Below, piece by piece: positions 9,691 to 18,473 of a DNA stretch of 64,000 nucleotides; positions within the stretch are counted from its first letter, which is position 1; every line of letters begins with the position of its first letter. Origin of the DNA: Anaerolineae bacterium (GTDB taxonomy: Bacteria; Chloroflexota; Anaerolineae; JAAYZQ01). The stretch lies in the NCBI GenBank assembly GCA_041300865.1, contig JBFYTF010000036.1:34604-98603 (forward strand), given 5' to 3'. Made by a program: the position numbers and the translations under genes. A model generated the notes under the pieces. It was not told the DNA's origin. It saw nothing but the letters and a program-made list of their open reading frames with translations, and made no database searches.

Positions 9691-10206
9691 TTATCCCCCT
9701 TCGTTCCGAGCCCGGCGGCGCGTTTGCTCTCGCACGTAGGCCGTCATCCCCCCGGCGTCCACGATCTCGACCAGGAAGTCGGGCAGAGGCGAGAAAGCAG
9801 CCTCAAACGGGCGGCTGAGGTCCTGGATCCGGCCACTGGCCAGGTCGACTCGCACCCGGTCCCCATCCTGGATGGCGTCGATGGCCTGCGGGCAAGTGAG
9901 CGCCGGCAATCCGAGGTTGATGGCATTCCGGAAAAAGATGCGCGCGAAGGAATGGGCCACGAGGCACGAGATGCCCAGCGCCTTGAGTGCGAGGGGCGCG
10001 TGTTCTCGCGAGCTGCCGCAGCCCATGTTCTCCCCGGCAACGAGAATGTCCCCCGGTTGGACCTCCTTGCTGAAAGCCGGGCGCACATCTTCGAGGCAAT
10101 GCGCGGCCAACTCGCGAGGATCGGTCAAGCTCAGATAGCGCCCTGGCAACAACTGGTCGGTGTCGACGTTGTCGCCAAGCTTCCAGACGCGTCCTTCAAT
10201 GATCAT
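9691..10206 (-). CDS. Aconitase-family dehydratase small subunit (LeuD-like)
   Basis: MIIEGRVWKLGDNVDTDQLLPG and GENMGCGSSREHA. Confidence 0.85.
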   Translation of the reverse strand: MIIEGRVWKLGDNVDTDQLLPGRYLSLTDPRELAAHCLEDVRPAFSKEVQPGDILVAGENMGCGSSREHAPLALKALGISCLVAHSFARIFFRNAINLGLPALTCPQAIDAIQDGDRVRVDLASGRIQDLSRPFEAAFSPLPDFLVEIVDAGGMTAYVREQTRRRARNEGG

Positions 10207-10215
10207 ACGCTCCAC

Positions 10216-11487
10216 CTAGCCCAGGTCGTCGGGGTGGGCGATACGCCCCACCACGGCCGAAGCCGCGGCCACTGCCGGCGAGGAGAGGTAGACCTCGCTC
10301 TTGGGGTGGCCCATGCGACCCACAAAGTTGCGGTTCGAGGTCGAGATCACCCGCTCACCGGCGGCCAACAGGCCCATGTGGCCACCAAAGCACGGGCCGC
10401 AGGTGGGCGTGCTGACGGCCGCGCCGGCGCGGGCAAGGATCTCCAGCAGGCCCTCGCCCAAGGCCTGCAAAAAGATGTTTTGGGTGGCCGGGATGACGAT
10501 GAGGCGCACGCTGCTGGACACCCGGCGCCCCGCCAGGATCTGGGCCGCCACCCGCAGGTCTTCGATGCGCCCGTTTGTGCAGGAGCCGATAAAGACGGCG
10601 TCCAGGGACGTGCCTGCCACCTCGCAGAGCGGCCGGACGTTGTCCGGGGACGACGGGCAGGCCACCTGGGGCTCCATGCCGCTCACGTCGATGGTGGTCA
10701 CCGAGGCATAGCGCGCCCCGGCATCGCCGGCCAGCGGCAGCCACTCGTCGATCCCCAACGCCTGGAGGTAGCGCCGCGTCTCCTCGTCGGGCGGGATGAT
10801 CGTGTTCTTGGCCCCAGCCTCCACGCCCATGTTGCACAGGGTCAGGCGCTGGTCGGTGCTGAAACCCTCGATCACTGGGCCCGTCAGCTCCATGCAGCGG
10901 TACAGGGCGCCGGCGACCCCGATCCGGCCGATGGTGTGCAGAATCAGGTCCTTGGCCCCGACCCAGGGCTCGAGCCGGCCCTCGTAGATAAAGCGCATCG
11001 TCTCCGGTACCCGCAGCCAGATGGTGCCGAGGGCCATGGCGGCTGCCACGTCGGTGCTGCCAAAGCCGGACGCAAACGCTCCCAGCGCGCCAAACGAGGT
11101 GGTGTGCGAATCGGCGCCCACCACCACGCTGCCGGGCCGGATCAAGCCCTCCTCGGGAAGAAGGGCGTGCTCGATGCCAAAGTTCCCACCCCTGCCTGCC
11201 TCGTAGTAGTGGTCCAGGCCCTGCTCCCGGGCAAAGTCGCGCAGCATCTTTGTTTTTTCGGCGCCCTCGAGCGTGGCGTTGGGGACAAAGTGATCGCACA
11301 CGATGGCCACCTTGTGCTGGTCAAAGACCCGGCCCACTTCCATGCGGCGCAGCTCGAGGACGGCCAGCGGCATCGTCGTGTCCTGGCCAAAGACCAGGTC
11401 CACGCCGGCCTGCACGATGTCACCGGCCCGCACCTGATCCTGGCCCGACGCCCGGGCCAGGATCTTTTCGGTCAGCGTCATTTCCAT
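10216..11487 (-). CDS. Aconitase-family dehydratase large subunit (LeuC / homoaconitase-like)
   Basis: Motifs VVGADSHTTS, IGSCTNGRIEDL and TPTCGPCFGGHMG (Fe-S ligands). Confidence 0.85.
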   Translation of the reverse strand: MEMTLTEKILARASGQDQVRAGDIVQAGVDLVFGQDTTMPLAVLELRRMEVGRVFDQHKVAIVCDHFVPNATLEGAEKTKMLRDFAREQGLDHYYEAGRGGNFGIEHALLPEEGLIRPGSVVVGADSHTTSFGALGAFASGFGSTDVAAAMALGTIWLRVPETMRFIYEGRLEPWVGAKDLILHTIGRIGVAGALYRCMELTGPVIEGFSTDQRLTLCNMGVEAGAKNTIIPPDEETRRYLQALGIDEWLPLAGDAGARYASVTTIDVSGMEPQVACPSSPDNVRPLCEVAGTSLDAVFIGSCTNGRIEDLRVAAQILAGRRVSSSVRLIVIPATQNIFLQALGEGLLEILARAGAAVSTPTCGPCFGGHMGLLAAGERVISTSNRNFVGRMGHPKSEVYLSSPAVAAASAVVGRIAHPDDLG

Positions 11488-11515
11488 GGTCGCTTTACCC
11501 TCCGGCCGGGCCGCG

Positions 11516-12508
11516 TTACAGCAGCAGTGACAGGACGGCCTTCTGCGCGTGCAGCCTGTTCTCGAGCTGGTCGTAGACGATAGCCCGCGGCCCGTCCATG
11601 ACGCTGTCGGTGACCTCCAGGTTGCGGTCGGCGGGCAGCGGGTGCATGAACTTCACGTTGCGGTCGCCCAGGTCGAGGAGCTCGTCGCTGACGATCCACT
11701 GCTTCAGCTCCTCGTCGCGCCGGGCAACTTCCTCGGCAGGCAGGGTCAGGCTGCCCCACGACTTGGCGTAAAAGATGTGCGCGTCGCGTGCTGCCTCTTG
11801 GATGTCGTGGACGACGTTGAACTCGGCCCCGCTCTCCTCGGCAAAGGCGGCGGCCCGGGCCGTGTACTCGGGGTCCATGTCGAACCCTTCGGGATAGGCG
11901 ACGGTCAGGTCGATGCCCAGGGTCGCAGCCGCCAACAGCCAACCCTGCGGCACGCCGGGCGACTTGGCGCGGGGCGAATAGGCCCAGCTGACCACGATCT
12001 TCTTGTCGTCGAACGTGCGCAGCTTCTCGCGAACCGTCATCACGTCGGCCAGCACCTGGCACGGATGCTCGCCGTCGTCCAGCATGTTGATGATCGGGAT
12101 GCGCGCGGCGTCGGCCATGGTGGTCAGGATCCGCCGCGACTCGCCGTAGGGCTCGATGTTGTACATCCGGATGGCGATGCCGTCCAGGTAGCGGTCCATG
12201 GCCCGCGCCGTATCCACCCAGGTCTCCTTGTGTGCCAGCTGCAGGTCGTCGGCGGTGTAGAACTGGGCGTGGCCACCCAGCTGCGTCATGCCCGTTTCGA
12301 AGGAGATGCGCGTGCGCGTCGATGGCTTGCCAAAGAGCATGCCCAGGCTCTTGCCTTCCAGGACGTGGTGCGGCGCCCGCCGTGCCTGGGCGCGTTTCAG
12401 CTCGGCGGCGGTGTCGAGGAGGAAGTAGAGGTCCTCCCGATCATAGTCTCCCAGGGTGATAAAGTCGCGCCCTCGGAAGTTTGCTCGGTTCGCTAGCGAT
12501 AGATCCAT
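11516..12508 (-). CDS. Aspartate/ornithine carbamoyltransferase-family protein with non-canonical second-substrate motifs
   Basis: STRTR and HPCQ are present. The protein has FMHPLP instead of HCLP, and YAKSWGS instead of DxWxSMG. Confidence 0.8.
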   Translation of the reverse strand: MDLSLANRANFRGRDFITLGDYDREDLYFLLDTAAELKRAQARRAPHHVLEGKSLGMLFGKPSTRTRISFETGMTQLGGHAQFYTADDLQLAHKETWVDTARAMDRYLDGIAIRMYNIEPYGESRRILTTMADAARIPIINMLDDGEHPCQVLADVMTVREKLRTFDDKKIVVSWAYSPRAKSPGVPQGWLLAAATLGIDLTVAYPEGFDMDPEYTARAAAFAEESGAEFNVVHDIQEAARDAHIFYAKSWGSLTLPAEEVARRDEELKQWIVSDELLDLGDRNVKFMHPLPADRNLEVTDSVMDGPRAIVYDQLENRLHAQKAVLSLLL

Positions 12509-12535
12509 GTTCGTCCTTCCTCTTCCTGTCTGCTA

Positions 12536-13921
12536 CTAGCCGGTCAGGGCAAAGAGCGCGCTGACGTCGTCTGCCTGTTCGATGTTGGTCACAAAAGCAA
12601 CGATCTTGGCGACGCGGTCCTCGTCCAGTTCCCGCCGCGCCAGCTTCGCGAACTTGGCCTGGATGTCCTCGGGGGTCACCGGGTTGCGGTAGTCGCCTTT
12701 TGGGTCGTCGACGGTGGACACGTACTCGCTGCCGTCCTGCATCGTGACGGTGACCGAGCAGGAATAGTGCTCCGGATAGCGGCGCTCGAACTCCTCGTCG
12801 ACCACCCACTCTACCCTGGTCATCAGCTCGCGCACGTCGGGACGGAAGATGTTCTGTTCCGTGAAGGTGTCGACGTCGATCTTGCCGTCGATGAGCGCGA
12901 TGGCGGCCTGCCAGGGCATGCTGAACTGCGTGTCGACGACGTTCTGCGGGTCGCGCTTGCGCGGCATGGCCAGCAGCCGGATGGTATAGTCGGACGAACG
13001 GATAAAGATGCTCTTGATCTCTTGCCAGTTGGGCCGGTGCCGCTGGACGATGTCCAGGCAGGCATCGAGGTGGCCGGCCGAGTAGCGGCAGCAGGGATAG
13101 ACCTTGATGCTCGAATCGGCAAAGGTCCACTCGGTCCCCAGGCCTTCGGTGATCCACTTGGTGTCGTACTGCAGCTGGTAAGAGTAGGCCTGCATGAAGC
13201 CGTCGCGGCCCTCGATGATCTCGGGTGGCCCGTTGAATCCCTTCTGGGCCATGAGGGCGGACATGATGCCGACCATCGCCGGGTGCCCGGCCTGGAGCCG
13301 CTTGGTGTACGACCCGGACGTGTTCCAGGCCATCAGCCCACCGACCTGGCTGCCGGCGATGCCCTGGGCGTAGACCGTCTGCTGGACGTCGAGCCCCAAC
13401 AGCTTCGCCGCCGAGATCGTCGCCCCAAACGTCCCGCACGTGCTGGACGGGTGGAAGCCCTGGTAGTAGGTCTTGCCCAGGAAGGCCGAGCCCAGGCGGC
13501 AGACGATCTCGTTGCCCAGGGCAACGGCCTCGATGACCTGCTTGCCCGTGGCGTGCAGCTTCTCGCCCAGCGCCAGGCTCACCGGAATGCTGGCCACGCT
13601 GGGGTGCGCGTTCGATTCGTTGTGGTCGTCGGCAAAGTCAAAGGCATAGCCCTGCATGGCGTTGGCAAAGGCCGCATGCGGAGCAGCGACCTTGCGGCCG
13701 TGGCCGATGACCGTGCTCTCCGGGGGCCCGCCCAGCTCCAGGGCCAGCTCGGTCGCGATCCGGCTCGAGTCGAGCCGCTTCGAACCGATCATTGAACCCA
13801 AAAGATCGAGGACCAGGTAGGCCGCGCGCTTGCGTGCCTTCTCGGGCAGATCCTCGTAGCGGAGACTGACTGTCAACTCGGCAATGAGCTCCGCAATGGG
13901 TTTGTTCCTGCTGTCAGTCAT
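12536..13921 (-). CDS. MmgE/PrpD family protein (2-methylcitrate-dehydratase-like)
   Basis: 461 aa. N-terminus IAELIAELTVSLRYEDLPEKARKRAAYLVLDLLG is typical of PrpD-family proteins. RBS GGAGTGAGGAAG. Confidence 0.8.
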   Translation of the reverse strand: MTDSRNKPIAELIAELTVSLRYEDLPEKARKRAAYLVLDLLGSMIGSKRLDSSRIATELALELGGPPESTVIGHGRKVAAPHAAFANAMQGYAFDFADDHNESNAHPSVASIPVSLALGEKLHATGKQVIEAVALGNEIVCRLGSAFLGKTYYQGFHPSSTCGTFGATISAAKLLGLDVQQTVYAQGIAGSQVGGLMAWNTSGSYTKRLQAGHPAMVGIMSALMAQKGFNGPPEIIEGRDGFMQAYSYQLQYDTKWITEGLGTEWTFADSSIKVYPCCRYSAGHLDACLDIVQRHRPNWQEIKSIFIRSSDYTIRLLAMPRKRDPQNVVDTQFSMPWQAAIALIDGKIDVDTFTEQNIFRPDVRELMTRVEWVVDEEFERRYPEHYSCSVTVTMQDGSEYVSTVDDPKGDYRNPVTPEDIQAKFAKLARRELDEDRVAKIVAFVTNIEQADDVSALFALTG

Positions 13922-13954
13922 GATGCTTCCTCACTCCTTGTGTTCTTCCGCACC

Positions 13955-15115
13955 CTAGGCCAGGACCTGGACGCTGATGGAATTCTTCGGGCAATAGTTG
14001 ACGCAGAAGGTGCACTGAATGCACTCCCCCTGCACGATATAGTTGTAGCCCTCGGCCTGGCGGATGGCCTGCACGGGGCAGACGGTCCGGCAGATGTCAC
14101 ATTGGTCGCAGCTTTCAGGGTCGATGGTCACCCGCAGCGCCTGGAGGGCCATCTCGTTCACCTGGCGCATGCCCTCTAGCCCGGTCCCCCGCATCTCGTC
14201 CATGGTGCAACCCTGCTCGTCGAGCCACCTGCCCAGACCTTTCACCAGCTTCGGAAAGATCTTCGGCCCCTCAACCATGGCTGCGGTGCACACACCCACG
14301 CCGGTGGCGCCGCCGATGATCATCTCCGCGGCATCCTCCCAGTTCGTGACACCGCCGATGCCGATGATCGGTAGCTTGGTCCGGCGGTAGATCTCGACCA
14401 CGTAACCGATGGCGTTCTCCTTGATGGCGCGCCCGGAGAGCTCGGGCATCCAGTTGCCGATGGTGCGCGCCACCTTGGGGCGGCGCGTGGTCACGTCGAA
14501 GGAAATCGCCGGGAAAATGGTGTCGCGGGAGGCGATGGCGTCGGCGCCACCCTCTTCGACGGCCCTGACCAGGTCGATCAGGTTCGACGGTTCGGGCAGC
14601 AGCTTGCCAATGACCGGCACCCGGACGGCCTTCTTTGCCGCCTGGATGACCTCGTACGTCCGCTTTGCAGACTGAACGGCACCAATACCCGACCCCTCGA
14701 CGACGTTGGGCGCCGAGCCAAAGGCCGACAGCTCGAGCGCATCGGCGCCCGCTTCAACGGCCATGGGTGCCATGCGCGCAATGTCTTCGATGGGCGTGTG
14801 GGTGACGGCCTGGAGGCTGACAATGACCGGCACGCCCCCCTCTTTGGCGATGGCAATCTCACGTTCGCACCATTCTTCGAAAGAATGAGCCGACCAGGGA
14901 TCGGTTAGCACCAGGCTGAAGCGGTCCTTCTTCTTGTGCGACAGGCTGATCTTCTGGCCCCCCGACGGCACGACGCCAATCGACTTGGTCACGACGGCAC
15001 CGGGACGGCCACTGGCCATCCGCTTCAGGGAGGCACCGGTCACGCCAGGAGGTCCGGCAGCGACGATGAACGGATTCTCCAGTTCCAACTCACCGATCCG
15101 AATGCTCAGGTCCAT
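13955..15115 (-). CDS. Second DHOD/PreA-like flavoprotein with a C-terminal 2x[4Fe-4S] domain
   Basis: MDLSIRIGELELENPFIVAAGPP at the N-terminus; CDQCDICRTVCP and CIQCTFCVNYCP at the C-terminus. The ATG at 15115 lies 4 nt after the upstream stop. The track's N-terminal extension to 15370 was rejected. Confidence 0.8.
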   Translation of the reverse strand: MDLSIRIGELELENPFIVAAGPPGVTGASLKRMASGRPGAVVTKSIGVVPSGGQKISLSHKKKDRFSLVLTDPWSAHSFEEWCEREIAIAKEGGVPVIVSLQAVTHTPIEDIARMAPMAVEAGADALELSAFGSAPNVVEGSGIGAVQSAKRTYEVIQAAKKAVRVPVIGKLLPEPSNLIDLVRAVEEGGADAIASRDTIFPAISFDVTTRRPKVARTIGNWMPELSGRAIKENAIGYVVEIYRRTKLPIIGIGGVTNWEDAAEMIIGGATGVGVCTAAMVEGPKIFPKLVKGLGRWLDEQGCTMDEMRGTGLEGMRQVNEMALQALRVTIDPESCDQCDICRTVCPVQAIRQAEGYNYIVQGECIQCTFCVNYCPKNSISVQVLA

Positions 15116-15119
15116 GAGC

Positions 15120-15953
15120 CTATTTCCTTTCGTACGAATCAGATGCCTGCGGCGCAGGCTGGTAAAGATCTGGGCGATTGTACCGCCAAAGCCCTGGGAT
15201 GGTCTTGTAGAGCTTTGGAAAAGCCAGGCTTTCCTCTTCCTGACGCAGGTAACACAGCCGGTCGAGGTCCAGGTCGGCGACCAGGACCCCCTCCTTGCTG
15301 CTGGCGGCAAGCTCCCCTTCCGGCCCGCAGATGAAGGCAAAGCCGTCTTCCACGCCAAAGAGGTTGACACACGAGGCCGTGTAGATCAGGTTCTCGGTGG
15401 CACGCGCCTGGATGAGGGTGCCCCACACCGCCGCGAGGTGGTAGAGCATGCCGCCTGTGGGAAAGAGAACCAGGTCGGCGCCCTGCATGGCCAGGGTCCG
15501 GCACAGCTCCGGGAACCAGGCCTCCCAGCAGATGAGGAGCCCGACCCTGCCCCACGGCGTCTCGGCCAGGGCAAAGCAGTTGCCGGGCACCGTCTCTTTG
15601 CCCGAGAGCTGGTCGTCGACGGGCGAAGGGATCATCTTGGCGTACGTGGCCGCCACCGATCCATCGGGGCCCAGCAGCTGGTAGACGTTGTGATAGACCT
15701 GAGTGCCGGGCACCGGCTCCATGAAACCGTAGGCCACGTGCATGCCGAACTCCCGGGCCACGGCCTTCAGGGCATCGCCGGCGGCATAGTCCGTGGGCCC
15801 GCTGTAAGGTCCGGGGTAACACTCGGGAAAGGCGACGATCTGCGCGCCGGCCTCGCCGGCCTGCCGGGCATAGGCCACGGCGCGCTCGACGTTCGCGCTC
15901 TCCTCGGGCCGGATGGTGCGGGGCTGAACGACAGCCAGGCGAACCTTACCCAT
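15120..15953 (-). CDS. Carbon-nitrogen hydrolase (nitrilase superfamily; beta-ureidopropionase / N-carbamoyl-amidase-like)
   Basis: Motifs VAFPECYPGPY and LLICWEAWFPE (Glu/Cys of the catalytic triad). GGAGGG lies 6 nt before the ATG at 15953. Confidence 0.8.
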   Translation of the reverse strand: MGKVRLAVVQPRTIRPEESANVERAVAYARQAGEAGAQIVAFPECYPGPYSGPTDYAAGDALKAVAREFGMHVAYGFMEPVPGTQVYHNVYQLLGPDGSVAATYAKMIPSPVDDQLSGKETVPGNCFALAETPWGRVGLLICWEAWFPELCRTLAMQGADLVLFPTGGMLYHLAAVWGTLIQARATENLIYTASCVNLFGVEDGFAFICGPEGELAASSKEGVLVADLDLDRLCYLRQEEESLAFPKLYKTIPGLWRYNRPDLYQPAPQASDSYERK

Positions 15954-15955
15954 GG

Positions 15956-17113
15956 CTAGCCCTCCATCCATTCCTTGAACTTGTCCAGGGACACCCGCCA
16001 ACAGAAGAACATGTCCTGCAGGGTCTCGTCCTCGAGCTCTTGGCTGCCGGCAGCGGTGCAGTCCTTGACGACGATGGGCCGGTAGCGCAGGTTGTAGGCC
16101 GAGACGACGGTGTGGCGCAGGTCGACGTTGGTCGGCCCGCCGGCGATGGCCAGGCGGGTAATGCCCTGCTCGCGGAGCCAGGGGTCGAGGCCGGTCTCGA
16201 AGAAAGCGTCATAGCCCCGCTTGTAGAACACCGCGTCGCCGGGCAGGGGTGCCAGCTCGTCCGCAACCTGGGCCCCTTCCGAACCGGCGATGCCATGAGG
16301 CAGCCGCAGGCGGAACTCCCAGTCACCGGGCACATGCGCATCCATAGCATAGATGACCGGCAATCCCATCTTCCTGGCGGAGCACAGCAAATCGGCGATG
16401 GTTTCCAGCCGGGCGGCCAGGCGCGTGCCGTATTCGGGCACATGGTTGGCCACCAGGTCCTTGTTGACATTCACCACCAATACTGCCGGACGCTCCACCT
16501 TGCTGCCGCCTGCGGCTGCTGGCGAGGGAGGTGGTACGGCCAGGAACTCCCGGGCAGGCATCACCGGGCCGAGCGTGGCGGCGAATTCGGCCATGGCCCG
16601 CTCGTGCATCTCGCCCGTCTTGGAGTAGAGGCAGTCCGAGATGGCGACCACCTCGTAGCGCCGCATGAAGCCATCGGCTGCGGAATAGAGGGCACAGACG
16701 TTGCTAGGCCGGCCGACGATCGCCAGCCGCCGGATGCCCTCCTCGCGCAGGTAAAGGTCCAGATCGGTGCCAAAAAAGGCGCTGAATCGCCGTTTGCCCA
16801 CGGCATAGTCTTTGGCACCCAGGGGTAGGAGCTGTGACACCAACTGCGCCCCTTCGCTCCCCCGGACGGCATGGGGCTGCCCGACAGTGAAGTCGGTGAA
16901 CTCCTTGTCGTCGGGCCGATGCTGGTCCTGGATAAAGACGATGGGATAGCCCGCTTCCCGCGCGGCGTTGATGAACGCCACGGTCCGCGCCAACACCTGG
17001 CCGTATTCCGGTGGCATCGGGAAGGGCTTGCTCCGCTCGATCATGTCCACCAGCAGGTTGATGACCACGATGGCCGTATCTTGTTCCAAGCCAGATCTCG
17101 GTGTGTCTGTCAT
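15956..17113 (-). CDS. Tandem (two-domain) isochorismatase-family cysteine hydrolase
   Basis: 385 aa with two homologous halves (LREEGIRRLAIVGRPSNVCALY / LREQGITRLAIAGGPTNVDLRH). ATG at 17113 with a GGAGTGGAG RBS. The upstream 197 aa of the track ORF overlap the neighbouring gene and were rejected. Confidence 0.8.
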   Translation of the reverse strand: MTDTPRSGLEQDTAIVVINLLVDMIERSKPFPMPPEYGQVLARTVAFINAAREAGYPIVFIQDQHRPDDKEFTDFTVGQPHAVRGSEGAQLVSQLLPLGAKDYAVGKRRFSAFFGTDLDLYLREEGIRRLAIVGRPSNVCALYSAADGFMRRYEVVAISDCLYSKTGEMHERAMAEFAATLGPVMPAREFLAVPPPSPAAAGGSKVERPAVLVVNVNKDLVANHVPEYGTRLAARLETIADLLCSARKMGLPVIYAMDAHVPGDWEFRLRLPHGIAGSEGAQVADELAPLPGDAVFYKRGYDAFFETGLDPWLREQGITRLAIAGGPTNVDLRHTVVSAYNLRYRPIVVKDCTAAGSQELEDETLQDMFFCWRVSLDKFKEWMEG

Positions 17114-17181
17114 GTCTCCACTCCGTGCCACGCACACCAGGTCCATGTGCGCGTGGCACCGATGTCTCTGCCCTCGGACGT

Positions 17182-18408
17182 CTACTGTTGCTTGTCGAGT
17201 GCCTTCAGGGCCTGTCCAAAGATGTCGAGCGCCTGCACTACCTGCTCGCGGCTGATCACCAGCGGCGGTGAGACGCGCACGGTCGTGCCCGAGTTGACGG
17301 TCCAGCACACGACGGCGCCCAGCTCGTTCACCTTGCCGACGAACGTTGGCGTGTCCTCTTCGCGCTGCATCTCCATGGCCGTCAGAAGGCCGCGGCCCCG
17401 CGCCTCTTTCACCAGGTGCGGGTACTGGTCGCGCAGCGCATTCATCCCGGCCAACAGCTCGGCACCCCGGTCGCGGGCGTTTTGCAGCAGGTTTTCCTCT
17501 TCGATGACCTTGATGGTAGCCACCGCGGCGGCACAGCAGACGGGGTTGCCGCCGAAGGTGGTGCAGTGCACCAGGGGTGGATCGGAGAACTCGCACATCA
17601 GATCCCGCGAGGCAACCACGCCTCCCAGGGGCATGCCCGAAGCGATGCCTTTGGCCACGGGCATGATGTCCGGGACGACGCCATAGTACTCCGAGGCGAA
17701 CCACTGGCCGGTGCGCCCAAACCCGGTCTGGATCTCGTCAACGATGAGGAGCGCGCCGAACTCGTGGGCGAGGTCGCGAAGGGCCGGCAAGAAGTCGTCG
17801 GTGCAGGCGCGGATGCCGCCCTCGCCCTGGATGGGCTCGACCAGGATGGCCGCGACGTCGTCGTCCATCGCGGCGCGGGTGGCGTCGATGTCGTTGAAGG
17901 GCACCTCTACCGCCCAGGGATAGAGGGGCTCGAAGGGATCTTTGTACAGGCGCTTGGAGCTCACCGACAGGGTCATGTAGGTCCGGCCGTGAAACGCCCG
18001 CTGGAAAAAGACGAGCTTTTTCCGGCGCGTGGCCTTCATCGCCAGCTTGATGGAGCCTTCCGCGGCCTCGGCGCCGCTGTTGGTAAAGAAGGTGCTCTCC
18101 AGGTTGCCGGGTGCCCGCTCGGCGATGAGCTGCGCCAGTTCCGCCTGGATGGGATAGATAAAGTTGCCAAAGGCGTTGCCGTGGATGATCTGGCTCGCCT
18201 GTTGGCAGATGGCCTCCACGACCTTGGGGTGCGAATGGCCCGTCGCCGTGACGGCGATGCCGCCGATGAGGTCCAGGTACTCCCTGCCCTCGCCCGTCTT
18301 GAGGATGGCGCCTCTGCCTTCGACGGCCAGAATGCTCTTGGCGGTGGGAAAGAGCTGCGCGACGTACTTGCTGTCAATCTCACGTATCTTTTGCAGATCT
18401 TGAGGCAT
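17182..18408 (-). CDS. Class-III PLP aminotransferase (acetylornithine / GABA / beta-alanine type)
   Basis: Motifs LIVDEIQTGFGRTGQWFA and MPVAKGIASGMPLGG. Confidence 0.85.
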   Translation of the reverse strand: MPQDLQKIREIDSKYVAQLFPTAKSILAVEGRGAILKTGEGREYLDLIGGIAVTATGHSHPKVVEAICQQASQIIHGNAFGNFIYPIQAELAQLIAERAPGNLESTFFTNSGAEAAEGSIKLAMKATRRKKLVFFQRAFHGRTYMTLSVSSKRLYKDPFEPLYPWAVEVPFNDIDATRAAMDDDVAAILVEPIQGEGGIRACTDDFLPALRDLAHEFGALLIVDEIQTGFGRTGQWFASEYYGVVPDIMPVAKGIASGMPLGGVVASRDLMCEFSDPPLVHCTTFGGNPVCCAAAVATIKVIEEENLLQNARDRGAELLAGMNALRDQYPHLVKEARGRGLLTAMEMQREEDTPTFVGKVNELGAVVCWTVNSGTTVRVSPPLVISREQVVQALDIFGQALKALDKQQ

Positions 18409-18473
18409 TGCTTCTCTCCTTTTCTATGGTTCCACGGTCCAATGTCGCTTGGAGCGTGCCTTGCTGCCGCTCC

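Noticed and set aside
9691-11487. Calling the aconitase-family pair leuC/leuD (leucine biosynthesis).
   Set aside because: No leuA or leuB is nearby, and the genes sit in a catabolic operon between PrpF-family and carbamoyltransferase genes. The family is clear but the specific isopropylmalate isomerase assignment is not justified, so gene symbols are withheld.
17114-17704. N-terminal 197-aa extension of the track ORF 15956-17704. Analogous extensions occur at 15116-15370, 36723-37055, 46809-47132, 48875-49174, 56432-56650, 57444-58151 and 60844-60921.
   Set aside because: The extensions overlap the upstream gene in another frame, are Arg/Pro/Gly-rich, and lack an RBS. Internal starts with good Shine-Dalgarno sequences sit just after the upstream stop codons.
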